Positions 18,284 to 28,701 of a stretch of DNA of 64,000 bases are shown in pieces. The stretch is from an uncultured candidate division Zixibacteria bacterium (GTDB lineage Bacteria > Zixibacteria > MSB-5A5 > GN15 > FEB-12). The DNA lies in contig CAWDXE010000001.1 of NCBI GenBank assembly GCA_963806185.1, positions 1,035,734-1,099,733 of the forward strand, read 5' to 3'. Made by a program: the position numbers and the translations under genes. How positions within the stretch are numbered: the first letter of the stretch is position 1; the number at the start of each line of letters is the position of its first letter. A model generated the notes under the pieces. It worked only from the letters and a program-made list of their open reading frames with translations, had not been told where the DNA came from and did not search any database.

Positions 18284-19510
18284 GTGACGACACCCTCCGC
18301 CGGCCTTCGCCGCATGGCCGACTTCTTCGGTCTCCGCCGAAGCATGGTCGGCCTTCTGTCGATGGTCATTCTCGTCGGTATGGGCGAGAAGATGGCTGAG
18401 CGCTTCCTGCCTATCTACCTGATCGCCCTCGGCGGCGGTGCTATTTCCGTCGGCCTGCTCAACGGTCTCGACAATCTCCTTTCCGCACTCTATTCCTTTC
18501 CCGGCGGGTACCTTGCCGATCGGCTGGGGGCCAAGCGGGCGCTGATGGTCTTCAACCTGATCGCCATGGTCGGCTTCGTGATCGTGATTGCCATCCCCAC
18601 CTGGCCGGCGGTGATCGGCGGTTCTGCCCTTTTCCTGTCGTGGACAGCCATTTCGCTTCCCGCCACGATGGGCCTGGTGGCCCGTGTCCTGCCAAAGAAC
18701 AAACGCACTATGGGAGTTTCGATGCACTCTCTCGTGCGCCGTTTCCCCATGGCCTTGGGTCCTCTGGTCGGTGGGTTTTTCATTGCGGCCTGGGGCGAGA
18801 CAACCGGTGTGCGGCTCGCCTTCGTAGCGGCTCTTGGCATGGCGCTCATTGCCGCCGTGATGCAGCAAATTCTCATTGAAGACGATCACGAGGCCGCTCG
18901 CGGAGACAAGCCGGTCGAAAAGAATCCCCTGGTGATGGCTCGTCAAATGAGCCCCGCCTTGCGCAGCCTTCTCGTCTCCGATATCCTGATCCGTTTCGCG
19001 GAGCAGATTCCGTACGCCTTTGTCGTCATCTGGTGCATGAAAGAAATCAGCAGTCCGGTGAGTGCGGTTGAATTCGGCGTTCTCACGACGATCGAGATGG
19101 CCACCGCCGTACTCTGCTATATCCCGGTGGCCTACCTTGCTGACCGATCTCAGAAGCGCCCGTTCGTCATTATCACCTTCATTTTCTTCACCCTCTTCCC
19201 GTTGGCGCTAATTTACTGCCACTCATTCTGGCCGTTGGTGGCGGCGTTCGTTCTGCGCGGCTTGAAGGAATTCGGCGAACCGACCCGAAAGGCGCTGATT
19301 ATGGATTTGGCCCCCGCTGGTCGCGAGGCCGCCATGTTCGGAACTTACTATCTGATCCGCGACACGATTGTTTCGCTGGCGGCGTTTGGCGGTGCTTTCC
19401 TCTGGATGCGGAGTCCCGCCGTCAATTTCCTGACCGCCTTTGCCTTTGGTGTTGCCGGCACCCTATGGTTTGCCTGGAAAGGTAAAGACGTCTCACACGC
19501 CGAGTCTTGA
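18284..19510 (+). CDS. MFS transporter
   Basis: GGYLADRLGAKR motif A, about 12 hydrophobic segments; GTG 18284 follows GAGGA RBS (ORF from 18248). Confidence 0.9.
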   Translation: MTTPSAGLRRMADFFGLRRSMVGLLSMVILVGMGEKMAERFLPIYLIALGGGAISVGLLNGLDNLLSALYSFPGGYLADRLGAKRALMVFNLIAMVGFVIVIAIPTWPAVIGGSALFLSWTAISLPATMGLVARVLPKNKRTMGVSMHSLVRRFPMALGPLVGGFFIAAWGETTGVRLAFVAALGMALIAAVMQQILIEDDHEAARGDKPVEKNPLVMARQMSPALRSLLVSDILIRFAEQIPYAFVVIWCMKEISSPVSAVEFGVLTTIEMATAVLCYIPVAYLADRSQKRPFVIITFIFFTLFPLALIYCHSFWPLVAAFVLRGLKEFGEPTRKALIMDLAPAGREAAMFGTYYLIRDTIVSLAAFGGAFLWMRSPAVNFLTAFAFGVAGTLWFAWKGKDVSHAES

Positions 19511-19513
19511 GCG

Positions 19514-20113
19514 TTATTTCGCTTTGCCGATCCAGTTGAGTGGATCGAGGATACTCTTCGGAAAGGTCGGTGCTGATATGAGGGTTTTGTCGCTGACGTG
19601 GCGCAAGTCCTCAATCGTGTAAAAGGCATCGGGATGGCGTGCTCTGATGACCCCAACTACCTCCCCGAGTCGCGCGCGCGGCACAACCGTATAGAGCATC
19701 TCCACCGGCCCCAGAGCGCCATGCCCTTCCACCCGGGTGACTCGAAAATCGTTGGCGATCAGATACATCATCATGTCCGCCGCATCCTGCGTCAGAATCA
19801 AGCGCACCAGGAGCGTCCCCATCGATAGCTTGCGCTCGATCGTCATGCCGACGTAGGTCCCGGTCGCGAACCCACCCGCATAAGCGAGATAATTGGGCAC
19901 ACTCGTCAGATTCTGGACAATCTGACTGATCGCCAGCAGCCAGATCAGGACCTCAAAGAACGCGAGAATCGAGGCGACCTTGCGCTTACCCCGGCCGACT
20001 AGAATGATCTTGAGCGTTCCGCACGAGACATCCACAATTCGAGCACAGAAAATGAGAATTGGCACTACCGCAGGAGGATAGCTGGTGATGTTTATCATTG
20101 CGGGAATGTCCAT
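19514..20113 (-). CDS. DUF2179/DUF5698 (UPF0316) membrane protein
   Basis: IFCARIVDVSCGT, FFEVLIW, AYAGGFATGTYVG, DAFYTIED. Confidence 0.85.
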   Translation of the reverse strand: MDIPAMINITSYPPAVVPILIFCARIVDVSCGTLKIILVGRGKRKVASILAFFEVLIWLLAISQIVQNLTSVPNYLAYAGGFATGTYVGMTIERKLSMGTLLVRLILTQDAADMMMYLIANDFRVTRVEGHGALGPVEMLYTVVPRARLGEVVGVIRARHPDAFYTIEDLRHVSDKTLISAPTFPKSILDPLNWIGKAK

Positions 20114-20245
20114 AGTTCGACCGAAACTCCAAGGACGCAATCTGGGATTTGATGGATATCCAGGCAAGGGAAAACGGGGATATCTTTCCGCTCTTCGTGC
20201 CGAACACTAATTGCTTTGCTGCACTGACTGAATCATACTTCCCGC

Positions 20246-21457
20246 ATGGACCTCACCGTTCTGATTATCTTCGCCGTCGTCTATCTCGGCATGGTGCTGG
20301 GGCGAATCCCGGGTTTCGCGCTCGATAGAACCGGCGTGGCCCTGCTTGGCACCATCCTCCTGCTCGCTTTCGAGCGGACAACCATGCAGGATGCCTGGAT
20401 GGCGATCGACGTCACCACCATCGCCCTGCTGCTCGGCCTGATGATCGTCTCGGCGCAATTCCGCCTCGGCGGATTCTACTCGACTATCACCCGTCGCCTG
20501 GCCAAAGCCAATGTCTCGCCCTCCCATCTGCTGGCTCTGCTGATTGCTGTCGTGGGGCTGCTCTCCGCTATTCTGGCCAATGATATCGTCTGCCTGGCGA
20601 TGACTCCGGTGCTAATCGACGGTTGTATCCGGCGTGGTCTCAATCCGCTTCCGTACCTGCTGGCCCTTGCCTGTGCCGCCAACATCGGCTCGGCCGCCAC
20701 GCTGATCGGCAATCCTCAGAACATGCTGATCGGTCAAACCCTGCACCTTCCGTTTGCCGGATATTTGGCCGTCGCCGCCTTTCCTTCCGTTCTCGGCTTG
20801 TGCATTGTGTGGCTGGTCATCAGGTGGCAGTATCGCACTCGATGGACTCTGCAGCTTCCACCGGTGGTCATTGAGGAATCCGCATTTGATCGCTGGCAGA
20901 CGATCAAAGCGATTGTGGTCACGACGGCATTGATGGCCATCTTCCTTTTCACTGATTGGCCGCGCGATGTCGTCGCTCTAACGGCGGCCGGTATTCTTCT
21001 TGCCAGCCGCAAGATGGCTTCGCGCCAGATGCTCGGCCTGGTCGATTGGCAACTGCTGGTGCTTTTTGCCGGTCTGTTTATCGTCAACTACGCCCTGGCC
21101 CAGTCCGGCATGATGACCGCTGCCATCACCGGCTTGCGCTTGACCGGTCTTGATCCGTCGTCCCCCGCCCCCTTCTTTGTGATCTCGGTCGTGCTTGCGA
21201 ACGTCGTATCCAACGTACCGTCGACCATGCTCCTGCTGCCGATCGCCACTCACCCGCTGGCCGGCCCGATCCTGGCGATCGCCGGTACCTTTGCAGGTAA
21301 TTTGATTGTCGTAGGGAGTATCGCCAACATCATCGTCATCGATCAGGCCGCCCGACTCAATGTACAGATTACTTGGAGCGACCATGCCCGCACCGGCATT
21401 CCGGTGACGATTCTGACTCTGGTCACCGCCGGGCTCTGGCTTTGGCTGGTGGGATGA
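20246..21457 (+). CDS. ArsB/NhaD-superfamily anion permease (YbiR-like)
   Basis: LDRTGVALLG, LANDIVCL, AANIGSAATLIGNPQN, VSNVP, GSIANII. Confidence 0.85.
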   Translation: MDLTVLIIFAVVYLGMVLGRIPGFALDRTGVALLGTILLLAFERTTMQDAWMAIDVTTIALLLGLMIVSAQFRLGGFYSTITRRLAKANVSPSHLLALLIAVVGLLSAILANDIVCLAMTPVLIDGCIRRGLNPLPYLLALACAANIGSAATLIGNPQNMLIGQTLHLPFAGYLAVAAFPSVLGLCIVWLVIRWQYRTRWTLQLPPVVIEESAFDRWQTIKAIVVTTALMAIFLFTDWPRDVVALTAAGILLASRKMASRQMLGLVDWQLLVLFAGLFIVNYALAQSGMMTAAITGLRLTGLDPSSPAPFFVISVVLANVVSNVPSTMLLLPIATHPLAGPILAIAGTFAGNLIVVGSIANIIVIDQAARLNVQITWSDHARTGIPVTILTLVTAGLWLWLVG

Positions 21458-22258
21458 TCAGTTGCGGCGCATGATAAAACGCGCTTCTTCGTATTCGTGG
21501 ACTTTGACGAAGCCGAGCTTCTCGTAGCAGTGAGTTGCGGCAGCGTTGTCACTCTTTACATTCAGGCAGACCAGATTCCCTTCCGCTGTCAATTCCGCGC
21601 ACAGGTGACTGGTCACCGCTCCCGCTAACCCGCGTCTGCGTGCGACCGGTGCGGTCGTTATGTTGCCCAGCACGGCGATCTTGTACTCCGTCGAATAGAC
21701 GTGCACCCCGGCGACTGCCACAATCTTTCCCTGTTCGAATACGCCAAAGTACTTCCCGGTTGCCAGCATCCGTCGATCATAATAATTATCCGGATAGGCG
21801 TTGGAATAGAGTTCTACCAGGGCAGGGTGATGGCTGTCGTCAAGGCGTCGGATATCGAGAGTGCTTTCTTCGCTGCGACGGCTCACCCTTGTCGCATCAA
21901 GCCGCATCTTATGATGCATGCCCAGCGGGATTTCGTCGAATACCCCTTCAAATCGGTTTCGATCCCTCGCCTGAAAATGGCAGAAAAACTCGTAGGGCAG
22001 CAGATCGCGAATTTCTTCAAGAAACCAGCCGAATCGCGACGACACGCCGAATGCCATGACGGTAGGTAACCGCCCACCGGAGTAGACCAGGATCACGTCA
22101 TCCACTACGGGCAAGTGCTCGGCGCCGCTGTAAATGGCGGCCCACTGACAGTGACTGAAGAAGAAATCGTCGAGATCGCCGAGATGGTAGGAGAACAACA
22201 CCGGGTCTTTCTGAAAATGGGTCCGGAGCCGCTCTTTGTCCGACGTATACGTGAACAT
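21458..22258 (-). CDS. GNAT acetyltransferase (FR47-like C-terminal domain)
   Basis: GNITTAPVARRRGLAG acetyl-CoA motif A, NAAATHCYEKLGF. Confidence 0.85.
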   Translation of the reverse strand: MFTYTSDKERLRTHFQKDPVLFSYHLGDLDDFFFSHCQWAAIYSGAEHLPVVDDVILVYSGGRLPTVMAFGVSSRFGWFLEEIRDLLPYEFFCHFQARDRNRFEGVFDEIPLGMHHKMRLDATRVSRRSEESTLDIRRLDDSHHPALVELYSNAYPDNYYDRRMLATGKYFGVFEQGKIVAVAGVHVYSTEYKIAVLGNITTAPVARRRGLAGAVTSHLCAELTAEGNLVCLNVKSDNAAATHCYEKLGFVKVHEYEEARFIMRRN

Positions 22259-22275
22259 GATTGTCCGAAGCGGCG

Positions 22276-22479
22276 CTATTTGCCCGCCTTGATTTTGGTG
22301 AGCATCTCCAGCACTTCGTCGAGCTGCTCCCGTTTGAACGTCACCCCCTTCTTGGTCGGCAGCCACTCCTCATTTTCGGCCCGAAAGTATATCCGCAGCC
22401 CCACCAGTTGGTGACCTTTGTATTCAGAATCCTCGATAATCAATTTCTCGGTTTGAGAACGTTCCAGTTCAAATCGCAT
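22276..22479 (-). CDS. PC4/YdbC family ssDNA-binding protein
   Basis: SEYKGHQLVGLRIYF..WLPTKKGVTF; GGAGG RBS. Confidence 0.88.
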   Translation of the reverse strand: MRFELERSQTEKLIIEDSEYKGHQLVGLRIYFRAENEEWLPTKKGVTFKREQLDEVLEMLTKIKAGK

Positions 22480-22536
22480 TGTGTGCCTCCCATGATGGTT
22501 ATATAAACAGCGCGCCACGAGGCGGCGCGCTGACAT

Positions 22537-22592
22537 AAAAAGTACGCCCGGCGCTCATTACGCAAGTTGTTTCTTGCCGTAAGCACCGGGCG
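22537..22592 (-). terminator. Probable terminator of the porin gene
   Basis: CGCCCGG..CCGGGCG stem preceded on + by an A tract (U tract on minus). Confidence 0.5.
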
Positions 22593-22615
22593 ATGCAGTC
22601 GTCTGAGCTAACAGC

Positions 22616-23284
22616 TTAGAAGCCGTAGCCGATGAAGAAGGCGATATTGGTCGTCTTGATCTTGGGCTGAACCGCTTCGACTTCCTTGATCACGTTTGAC
22701 ATTCCGAGATCATATCGCGCATCAAGAGTGATGACACCCTTTTCACCCGCCGCGATATCGATGCCGCCGCCGAAAGTTACTCCAAATTCGGTCGACTTGG
22801 CGTCAGTGAGATCTTCTTCGCTGTCCCCGGCGCCGGTTTCATACTTGGCCTTCGCGCTGGCCTTGAACCCAAAAAACGGGCCGGCAAAGATATTCGGGGC
22901 GATTTTGCCCTTCGTAGGAATCAAGAACTTGAAAAGCACCGGGACTTGAATGTAGTTGGCCTTTATCGTGACCTTGTCGGTGCCCTCTTCGTACTTGGCG
23001 CCCTTGGATACGTACAGCACTTCGGGCTGAATGGCAATTTGCGGCGACAACTTGAACTGGAGCCACAAGCCGAAGTCAATCCCCATTTTGCTGCTGGGAG
23101 AAACGGTAATCGTGTCCGTGGCCGTCTCGAATACGAAGTCCTTGTCGTCGCCGGTGAGATTGGCCAGACCAACGCCGGCCTTAATACCGTACTTGACCGG
23201 GCGAGTCGCCGTGTCCTGCGCCAGAATGCCGGTGGCCAGCAGGAACATGACGAGCATAATGCTGATTAGAATCGAACGCTTCAT
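22616..23284 (-). CDS. Outer-membrane beta-barrel protein (PorT/OMP_b-brl_2-like)
   Basis: Signal peptide, YGIKAG, IQPEVLYVSKG, YIQVPVL, DARYDLG, C-terminal YGF. Confidence 0.85.
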   Translation of the reverse strand: MKRSILISIMLVMFLLATGILAQDTATRPVKYGIKAGVGLANLTGDDKDFVFETATDTITVSPSSKMGIDFGLWLQFKLSPQIAIQPEVLYVSKGAKYEEGTDKVTIKANYIQVPVLFKFLIPTKGKIAPNIFAGPFFGFKASAKAKYETGAGDSEEDLTDAKSTEFGVTFGGGIDIAAGEKGVITLDARYDLGMSNVIKEVEAVQPKIKTTNIAFFIGYGF

Positions 23285-23451
23285 TGTACTTTACCTCCAT
23301 GAAAGTGGCTATTGCGGTCGCCTTTCAAAGGCCCGTTTCTGGGTCGAAGATGAGAAAAATTATATGTCTACACAAGAGGAAAATGACATGCATATTTTAC
23401 TGTCAGAAGACCGCTACCGTTCGGTCGTCCGGTCTCTTCGTGCTGTCCATG

Positions 23452-23486
23452 AAAAAAACAGGGCGGAAAACCCTCCTTCCGTCCCG
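23452..23486 (-). terminator. Probable terminator of the PPIase-adenosine kinase operon
   Basis: A7 tract then GGGCGGAA..TTCCGTCC stem on +. Confidence 0.5.
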
Positions 23487-23509
23487 CCGGTCAACTTGTC
23501 AATTGATAA

Positions 23510-24010
23510 CTACCGCTTGTACCCGATCTTGCGCAGGAAGCTAACGCGCTCGGCCCGGTCGGCCTCCTCTTCAACCCCGAGCGGCGGCTCACCGTCGATG
23601 ACCCCCATCACCCCCCGCCCTTGCGACGATTCGGCCACAATCACCTGCAACGGGTTAGCCGTGGCACATAAGACGCGACACACTTCGCTCACCTGCTTGA
23701 TCTGATTCAGCACATTGACCGGAAAGCCGTCGCGCAAAAAGATGAAAAACGTATGCCCGCACCCGGCCGCCAGCGCCGCTTCTTTGGCCGCCTCGATCAA
23801 CTCGGGCGCATTTCCGTCGTGGCGAATCAGACGTTTGCCGCTCGCCTCACAGAAGGCAATGCCAAACTTGAGCGTTGGTGACGACGAAACGAGAGTCTCG
23901 TACAAATCCTCAATTGTCTTTATGAAATGTGATTGTCCGAGTATCACATTGGCGCCCTCGGGAATCTTGATCGACACCAATTTGGTTCTCAACTGGTTGC
24001 TGGCACTCAT
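23510..24010 (-). CDS. Adenosine-specific kinase family protein (DUF355)
   Basis: [38 protein letters not shown]-terminal IGYKR. Confidence 0.9.
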   Translation of the reverse strand: MSASNQLRTKLVSIKIPEGANVILGQSHFIKTIEDLYETLVSSSPTLKFGIAFCEASGKRLIRHDGNAPELIEAAKEAALAAGCGHTFFIFLRDGFPVNVLNQIKQVSEVCRVLCATANPLQVIVAESSQGRGVMGVIDGEPPLGVEEEADRAERVSFLRKIGYKR

Positions 24011-24813
24011 GGCGTTTCCTTGAAAAGTTTCTCTTCCAGTCCGGTGTTGATGCGCGGATTGGAGTAGTACTCCACACTTTCCCGCTTCACTTTGATGAAC
24101 AGCGTTGCTTTCGCATCAAGAAAGAAGTCAAAGCGCTTGGGTACCCAGTAGTCCTCACCCCCCGGTGTATAGGTAACCGTCATGTTCAGGGCTTTTACCT
24201 TGAACCAGATGCCGGCCCCGGCCTTGGCCGGAGAAAAATTGACCCGCACGAGGCGAAGCGACTCGGCATCGAAAAAATACTCGCCGTTGATCAGGTCCTC
24301 GTCATCCGTCTTGGCGGTCACCACAAAATGCTGAACGGCGTGCCCGTCGATGGTTTCCTCTCCCGGTCCCTTGTACTCAACACTGTATTTTTCGCGATGC
24401 CCCGGGCGAAACGGCCTGAGCATGTCGAACGATATGTCGCGTCCCGGATGTTTCGCCTTCCGCGCCAGCCGCTCGTCGGCGGCTTTGCGCAGATTCTCGG
24501 CGCTCTGTCGCACGCTGTCCTTGTAGTAATCGAGATACTCTTCATGGCACCAGGTCGTGTCGGTCAGGTATTTCAAATATATCCGCTTGAGGAATCGTTC
24601 TTTTTCCCTGAATACGCCGTCCTTTGTCTCCCCCTCAATCAATTCCGCGTCGATCGTCAGGTCGTTGACCGCCGCCCGTTCTTTCTGCCCCTCGGCCAGT
24701 ATGCGGTCGATCAACGCTTGCTGATCGATGCCCTCGCCGGTTTGCGCCTGACCTATTGCGCCATACAAAATCAGGAGCAAAATCGCTCCCCCAAAATGCC
24801 ATTTGGCCCTCAT
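24007..24813 (-). CDS. Hypothetical secreted protein
   Basis: Signal peptide; start and stop overlap neighbours (translational coupling). Confidence 0.7.
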   Translation of the reverse strand: MRAKWHFGGAILLLILYGAIGQAQTGEGIDQQALIDRILAEGQKERAAVNDLTIDAELIEGETKDGVFREKERFLKRIYLKYLTDTTWCHEEYLDYYKDSVRQSAENLRKAADERLARKAKHPGRDISFDMLRPFRPGHREKYSVEYKGPGEETIDGHAVQHFVVTAKTDDEDLINGEYFFDAESLRLVRVNFSPAKAGAGIWFKVKALNMTVTYTPGGEDYWVPKRFDFFLDAKATLFIKVKRESVEYYSNPRINTGLEEKLFKETP

Positions 24814-26819
24814 CTTGCCTCCTGTGTTCCCTCTTCAATCGTCACCGATTGTATGATGTCACCCTTGATGATCTGATCTACCACGTCCATCCCCTCCGTC
24901 ACCTGTCCGAACACCGTGTAGCGGGCGTCCAGATGCGGCTGCGGCGAATGGGTGATAAAGAACTGCGATCCGCCCGTATCCTTGCCGGACGTGGCAATGC
25001 CCACCGTACCGCGACGAAACGGCTCGTCGGAATATTCACACCGGATATGGTACCCCGGTCCGCCCCACCCGTTGCCGTCCGGATCACCCCCCTGAATGAC
25101 GAAATTCGGCACCACGCGGTGAAACACCAGCCCGGAATAAAAACCATCCTTGGCCAGGTTGATAAAATTCATGACCGTCAACGGCGCCAGATCGAAATAC
25201 AGATCAAATTTGATGATACCCCGATTGGTCGTGATAATCGCGCGCGGATTCCCCTTTGCGTACCGCTTGATCGCCGTCTCAATGTCGGCCGTCGAAAACT
25301 TCGTCTCGGGAGAGCCCACACCTGCCGTGTGATCGATTTCAAGATAGGTCTTTTCGAGCGCCGCCGCGTCGCGCCGGTTGATATACTCCGGATCACTCAA
25401 CCCCAGCGCCAGGATGCGAATGAAAATCGAATCGCGCCGTCCGTCAGCAAGAAACGGCTCTGTCGCGCCGATGATTGATCGACGCAGGTCCATGTCTGTC
25501 GACTTGTCCGCCATCATCTGCTCGAGCTGCGGCAGGTACGGTTCCAGCTTCCCCTGCCCGATGACGTCCACGGCCGACGCATTCACCAGGTAACTCCGAT
25601 GTTTCAAGGCCTCATTGATATAGAAATCTGTGTTGGCGGAGTCGAGCTTTAGCAGTTGCTCCAACGCCGTCGCCGCTACCAACGGGTCGGGGTCGCTAAA
25701 CAACTTGTTCAGTCGTGGAATGACCCGGGTGGAATTCATCAGGCCAAGCGCTTCGGCCATGGCGGCGCGTAAGGATGGCTCCGCTTCGACGTGCAGCAGG
25801 GAGTCAATCACCGCCACCTGTTCATCGCCGCGCACCGCCGAAAGATACTTGAGCGCCGCGCTGACTGTGTTCACATTGGCGTCGCCCGTTTCGTACACGC
25901 GCGCCATATCCACGCCGAGATCGCTGTTCAACGTCCGCAATGCGTCGAAGATCGCGGAGAGAATGAGTGGATTTTCTTCGCGTGCCAGTCGGCGCACCAG
26001 GTACGCGGCCGCGCCCGGTGTTTTCTTCTGCGCCAGACTCTGGATAGCCTGCGCCACCACGTGGGGATTTCCGTCATTGAGCGCAATCGCCAAATACCGC
26101 TCCGCGTCGGGGGAACCGGATACGGCTAGTCCGCGGATGGCCAGGCCGCGCGAATATGGATCGGCATCGGCGAGAAAATCGACATAAACCGGCGTTCCGG
26201 CATCCAGCCCCAGGCGCGCCATAGTAAACAGCCCCGCCAGTTTCACCAGCGTGTCCGGCTCGGTCGGGATAAAACTCGCCAGCGTGCCTGCCTCTGTTTT
26301 GGCCTTGGCATAAAACAGGGCGTAACAGGCGGCGCCGCGCACCTCCGGCGCGGGATGCTTCAGGTATTCGGTGATCGTCGCCGCCACCTCGACCATCGAG
26401 CTGTCGGCCAGACGGCCGGCCGACATCACCGCCTTCTCCGTCACTTGAGTCGGAGCTTCAAACGTAGCGTCGAGCAATCGCCGGGCGTAGTCTTTCTGGC
26501 CCGTGAGTCCCAGTGCGAATGCAGCAGTCGAGGCGACATCGAGCGACGGATCTTTCAGGAGATCGAATAGCTTGTCGGTATCCTTCGCGCCGCCGATCCG
26601 CCCGATCGCCAGCGCCGCGCGTGCGCGAACACTTGGATTATCATCCTTGAGCCCGGTCAGCAGGTCCTTGTTGATCTTTCGGATATCCTCCTGATGGATG
26701 ATGATCGCCAGCTTCTGCTCGACTGTTTTGGGCTTGAGAGTGAGATACAATACGAAGGCCAGGGCGACGACCAGTACAACAATCGCCCCGTTGCGGATAA
26801 GCTTAAGTGTGTTTGACAT
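24810..26819 (-). CDS. Membrane-anchored HEAT-repeat protein with C-terminal cyclophilin PPIase
   Basis: N-terminal TM, repeated VRxxAAxALG HEAT units, FHRVVPNFVIQGGDP, GGSQFFITH..PHLD..YTVFG. Confidence 0.9.
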   Translation of the reverse strand: MSNTLKLIRNGAIVVLVVALAFVLYLTLKPKTVEQKLAIIIHQEDIRKINKDLLTGLKDDNPSVRARAALAIGRIGGAKDTDKLFDLLKDPSLDVASTAAFALGLTGQKDYARRLLDATFEAPTQVTEKAVMSAGRLADSSMVEVAATITEYLKHPAPEVRGAACYALFYAKAKTEAGTLASFIPTEPDTLVKLAGLFTMARLGLDAGTPVYVDFLADADPYSRGLAIRGLAVSGSPDAERYLAIALNDGNPHVVAQAIQSLAQKKTPGAAAYLVRRLAREENPLILSAIFDALRTLNSDLGVDMARVYETGDANVNTVSAALKYLSAVRGDEQVAVIDSLLHVEAEPSLRAAMAEALGLMNSTRVIPRLNKLFSDPDPLVAATALEQLLKLDSANTDFYINEALKHRSYLVNASAVDVIGQGKLEPYLPQLEQMMADKSTDMDLRRSIIGATEPFLADGRRDSIFIRILALGLSDPEYINRRDAAALEKTYLEIDHTAGVGSPETKFSTADIETAIKRYAKGNPRAIITTNRGIIKFDLYFDLAPLTVMNFINLAKDGFYSGLVFHRVVPNFVIQGGDPDGNGWGGPGYHIRCEYSDEPFRRGTVGIATSGKDTGGSQFFITHSPQPHLDARYTVFGQVTEGMDVVDQIIKGDIIQSVTIEEGTQEAR

Positions 26820-27106
26820 ATGTCCGGAAAATCTACCCTGTCAGGCCGAGTCAGGTCAACATATAATGTAAGTGGTTAGGAGCAGTATGGTTGCCTTGTG
26901 ATGGCGGATAAAGACCCCCCTTAACCGGCTGCACCACTGCGAGATGGAGAGGACTCACTGCATCGAGGGACGGTCGGATTCTGCACTTCGCCCGCTAATA
27001 GTGAACCCCGCGCCAAAAGGTATGGCGAAACTGAAGATTTGGACTATATTTCAAAATACCGATCATAATGTCCACCGCTTCACGCGGTTTCCGCAAGGAG
27101 TTCTTC

Positions 27107-28643
27107 ATGCGTGCGCTTCGTCTCTTCTCGATACTCTCCCTGGCCGTCTTCGGCCTCATGCTGTCGGCAAAGGCCGCACCACCGAAGGATTTTATTCGAC
27201 CGCCCCAACATCGCGCTGCCGCCGTGCTTGACTACGACACGTACATCGATGCCAACCGTATCCTCGCGTTTGTAAACAATGATGGTTCTCTGTTCACCGA
27301 CTACGACGGCATGTTCGGCCGGACTGACGGGTTCTACTATCCGTACTATGGGATATCAGGTATCGTGAACGGTTCAACGGACAACACGGTCATTTACACT
27401 GCAGGCCTGTGGATGGGGGGGAAAGTGAACGGCCAGGTGCGGGTTTCGGTGGCTGAATACTATTCTGAATTTGCAGCAGGTCCGATGATCAACGGTGGCC
27501 CGGCTCCTGATTGGGAATCCAAACCTGAGTTTCGTGTGTATTCCCTCCATAGCGATAGCCTTATCGGACATCCGAATGCCGATTATCTGAATTGGCCGGT
27601 CGATCAAGGTGCCCCACTTGACGGTTCGGGATACCCGCTCGTGATGGGCGATCAGGCAAAGTGGACGGTGTTCAACGATGCCGATCCATCTTTGCACCAG
27701 GGACCTGATGGCGGGACTGATCCGCTTGGCATCGAAGTTCGTCAATACGCTTTCGCCTATGACCGACAGGGGATCATGGGCGACGAATTGTTTCTCCAAT
27801 ACACGCTCTACAACCGGGGTGGAAATTACATTGACAGTTTCTACTTTTCTTTTTGGGCTGATCCCGATCTTGGCGATCCAACGGATGATCTAATTGGATG
27901 TGATTCCGTGACGGGAGATTTTTATTGTTACAACGGCGATAATTCCGATTATCAGTACGGTTCGCAACCGCCGGCGTGGGGAGGGAGAGTCGTTGCCGGT
28001 CCGGTTGTCCCCTCTTCGGGCAACCAGGCCTACTTCAACATGGATTCGCTGAGCAACCTGCGGAACACCAAGGTCTCATCAATTGCCAAGTACATCAACG
28101 GGACAGACCCTGCGTCGGCGCAACAGGTCTTTAATTGTATGAAGGGACTCTATGCGAACGGTTCACCGCACATGTATGGTGGCCTTCCACGGAGGTTCAT
28201 GTGCTCAGGTGATCCCGTTGCCGGAGTCGGCGATCTCGATGAGAATCCCAGCGATCGGAGAATCATGGTTACCTGTGGTCCGGTCGTCTTCGCTCCCGGC
28301 GACAGTCAGCAAGTCTTCATTAAGTTTGCAGTCATCCAAGGGCTGGATCGGCTAAATTCGCTTCAGGCTCTTCGCCTTGTGCTAGACTATGGAGAAATTG
28401 CCCCTCCAACCTGTTGCCAGGGGACAACCGGCAATGCCGATTGCAATGCTAATGGTGAAGTCGCGATCGACGATTTGGTCGCCATGATCAATGTGCTGTT
28501 CTTGCTGGAATGAGCCTCAATTCTGTTGTCAGGATGCCGCGAATGTCGATCGCGATCCTTTCAATCAGATAGACATAAATGACATCACAACTATGGTACG
28601 GCACCTCTTCCTCACCTTCGAGCCGCTGCCGGCCTGTCCGTGA
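27107..28643 (+). CDS. Secreted protein with C-terminal dockerin-like domain (frameshift near 28510)
   Basis: Signal peptide; IDANRI..VIYTAGLWMGGKV..WADPDLG domain; CCQGTTGNAD dockerin half, with the second half (CCQDAANVDRD..IDINDIT..LFLTFEPLPACP*) in the +1 frame ending 28643. Confidence 0.8.
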
Positions 28644-28669
28644 TCTCTGTAAATGATAGGGGAGAAATG

Positions 28670-28699
28670 AAAGCGCGGTGAGACCTCATCGCGCTTTTC
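28670..28699. terminator. Hairpin between convergent genes, probable bidirectional terminator
   Basis: AAAGCGCGGTGAG-AC-CTCATCGCGCTTTT. Confidence 0.55.
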
Positions 28700-28701
28700 G
28701 T

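Noticed and set aside
28511..28513. TGA as possible selenocysteine or readthrough in the dockerin protein
   Set aside because: The missing dockerin half continues in the +1 frame, not in-frame, so this is a frameshift
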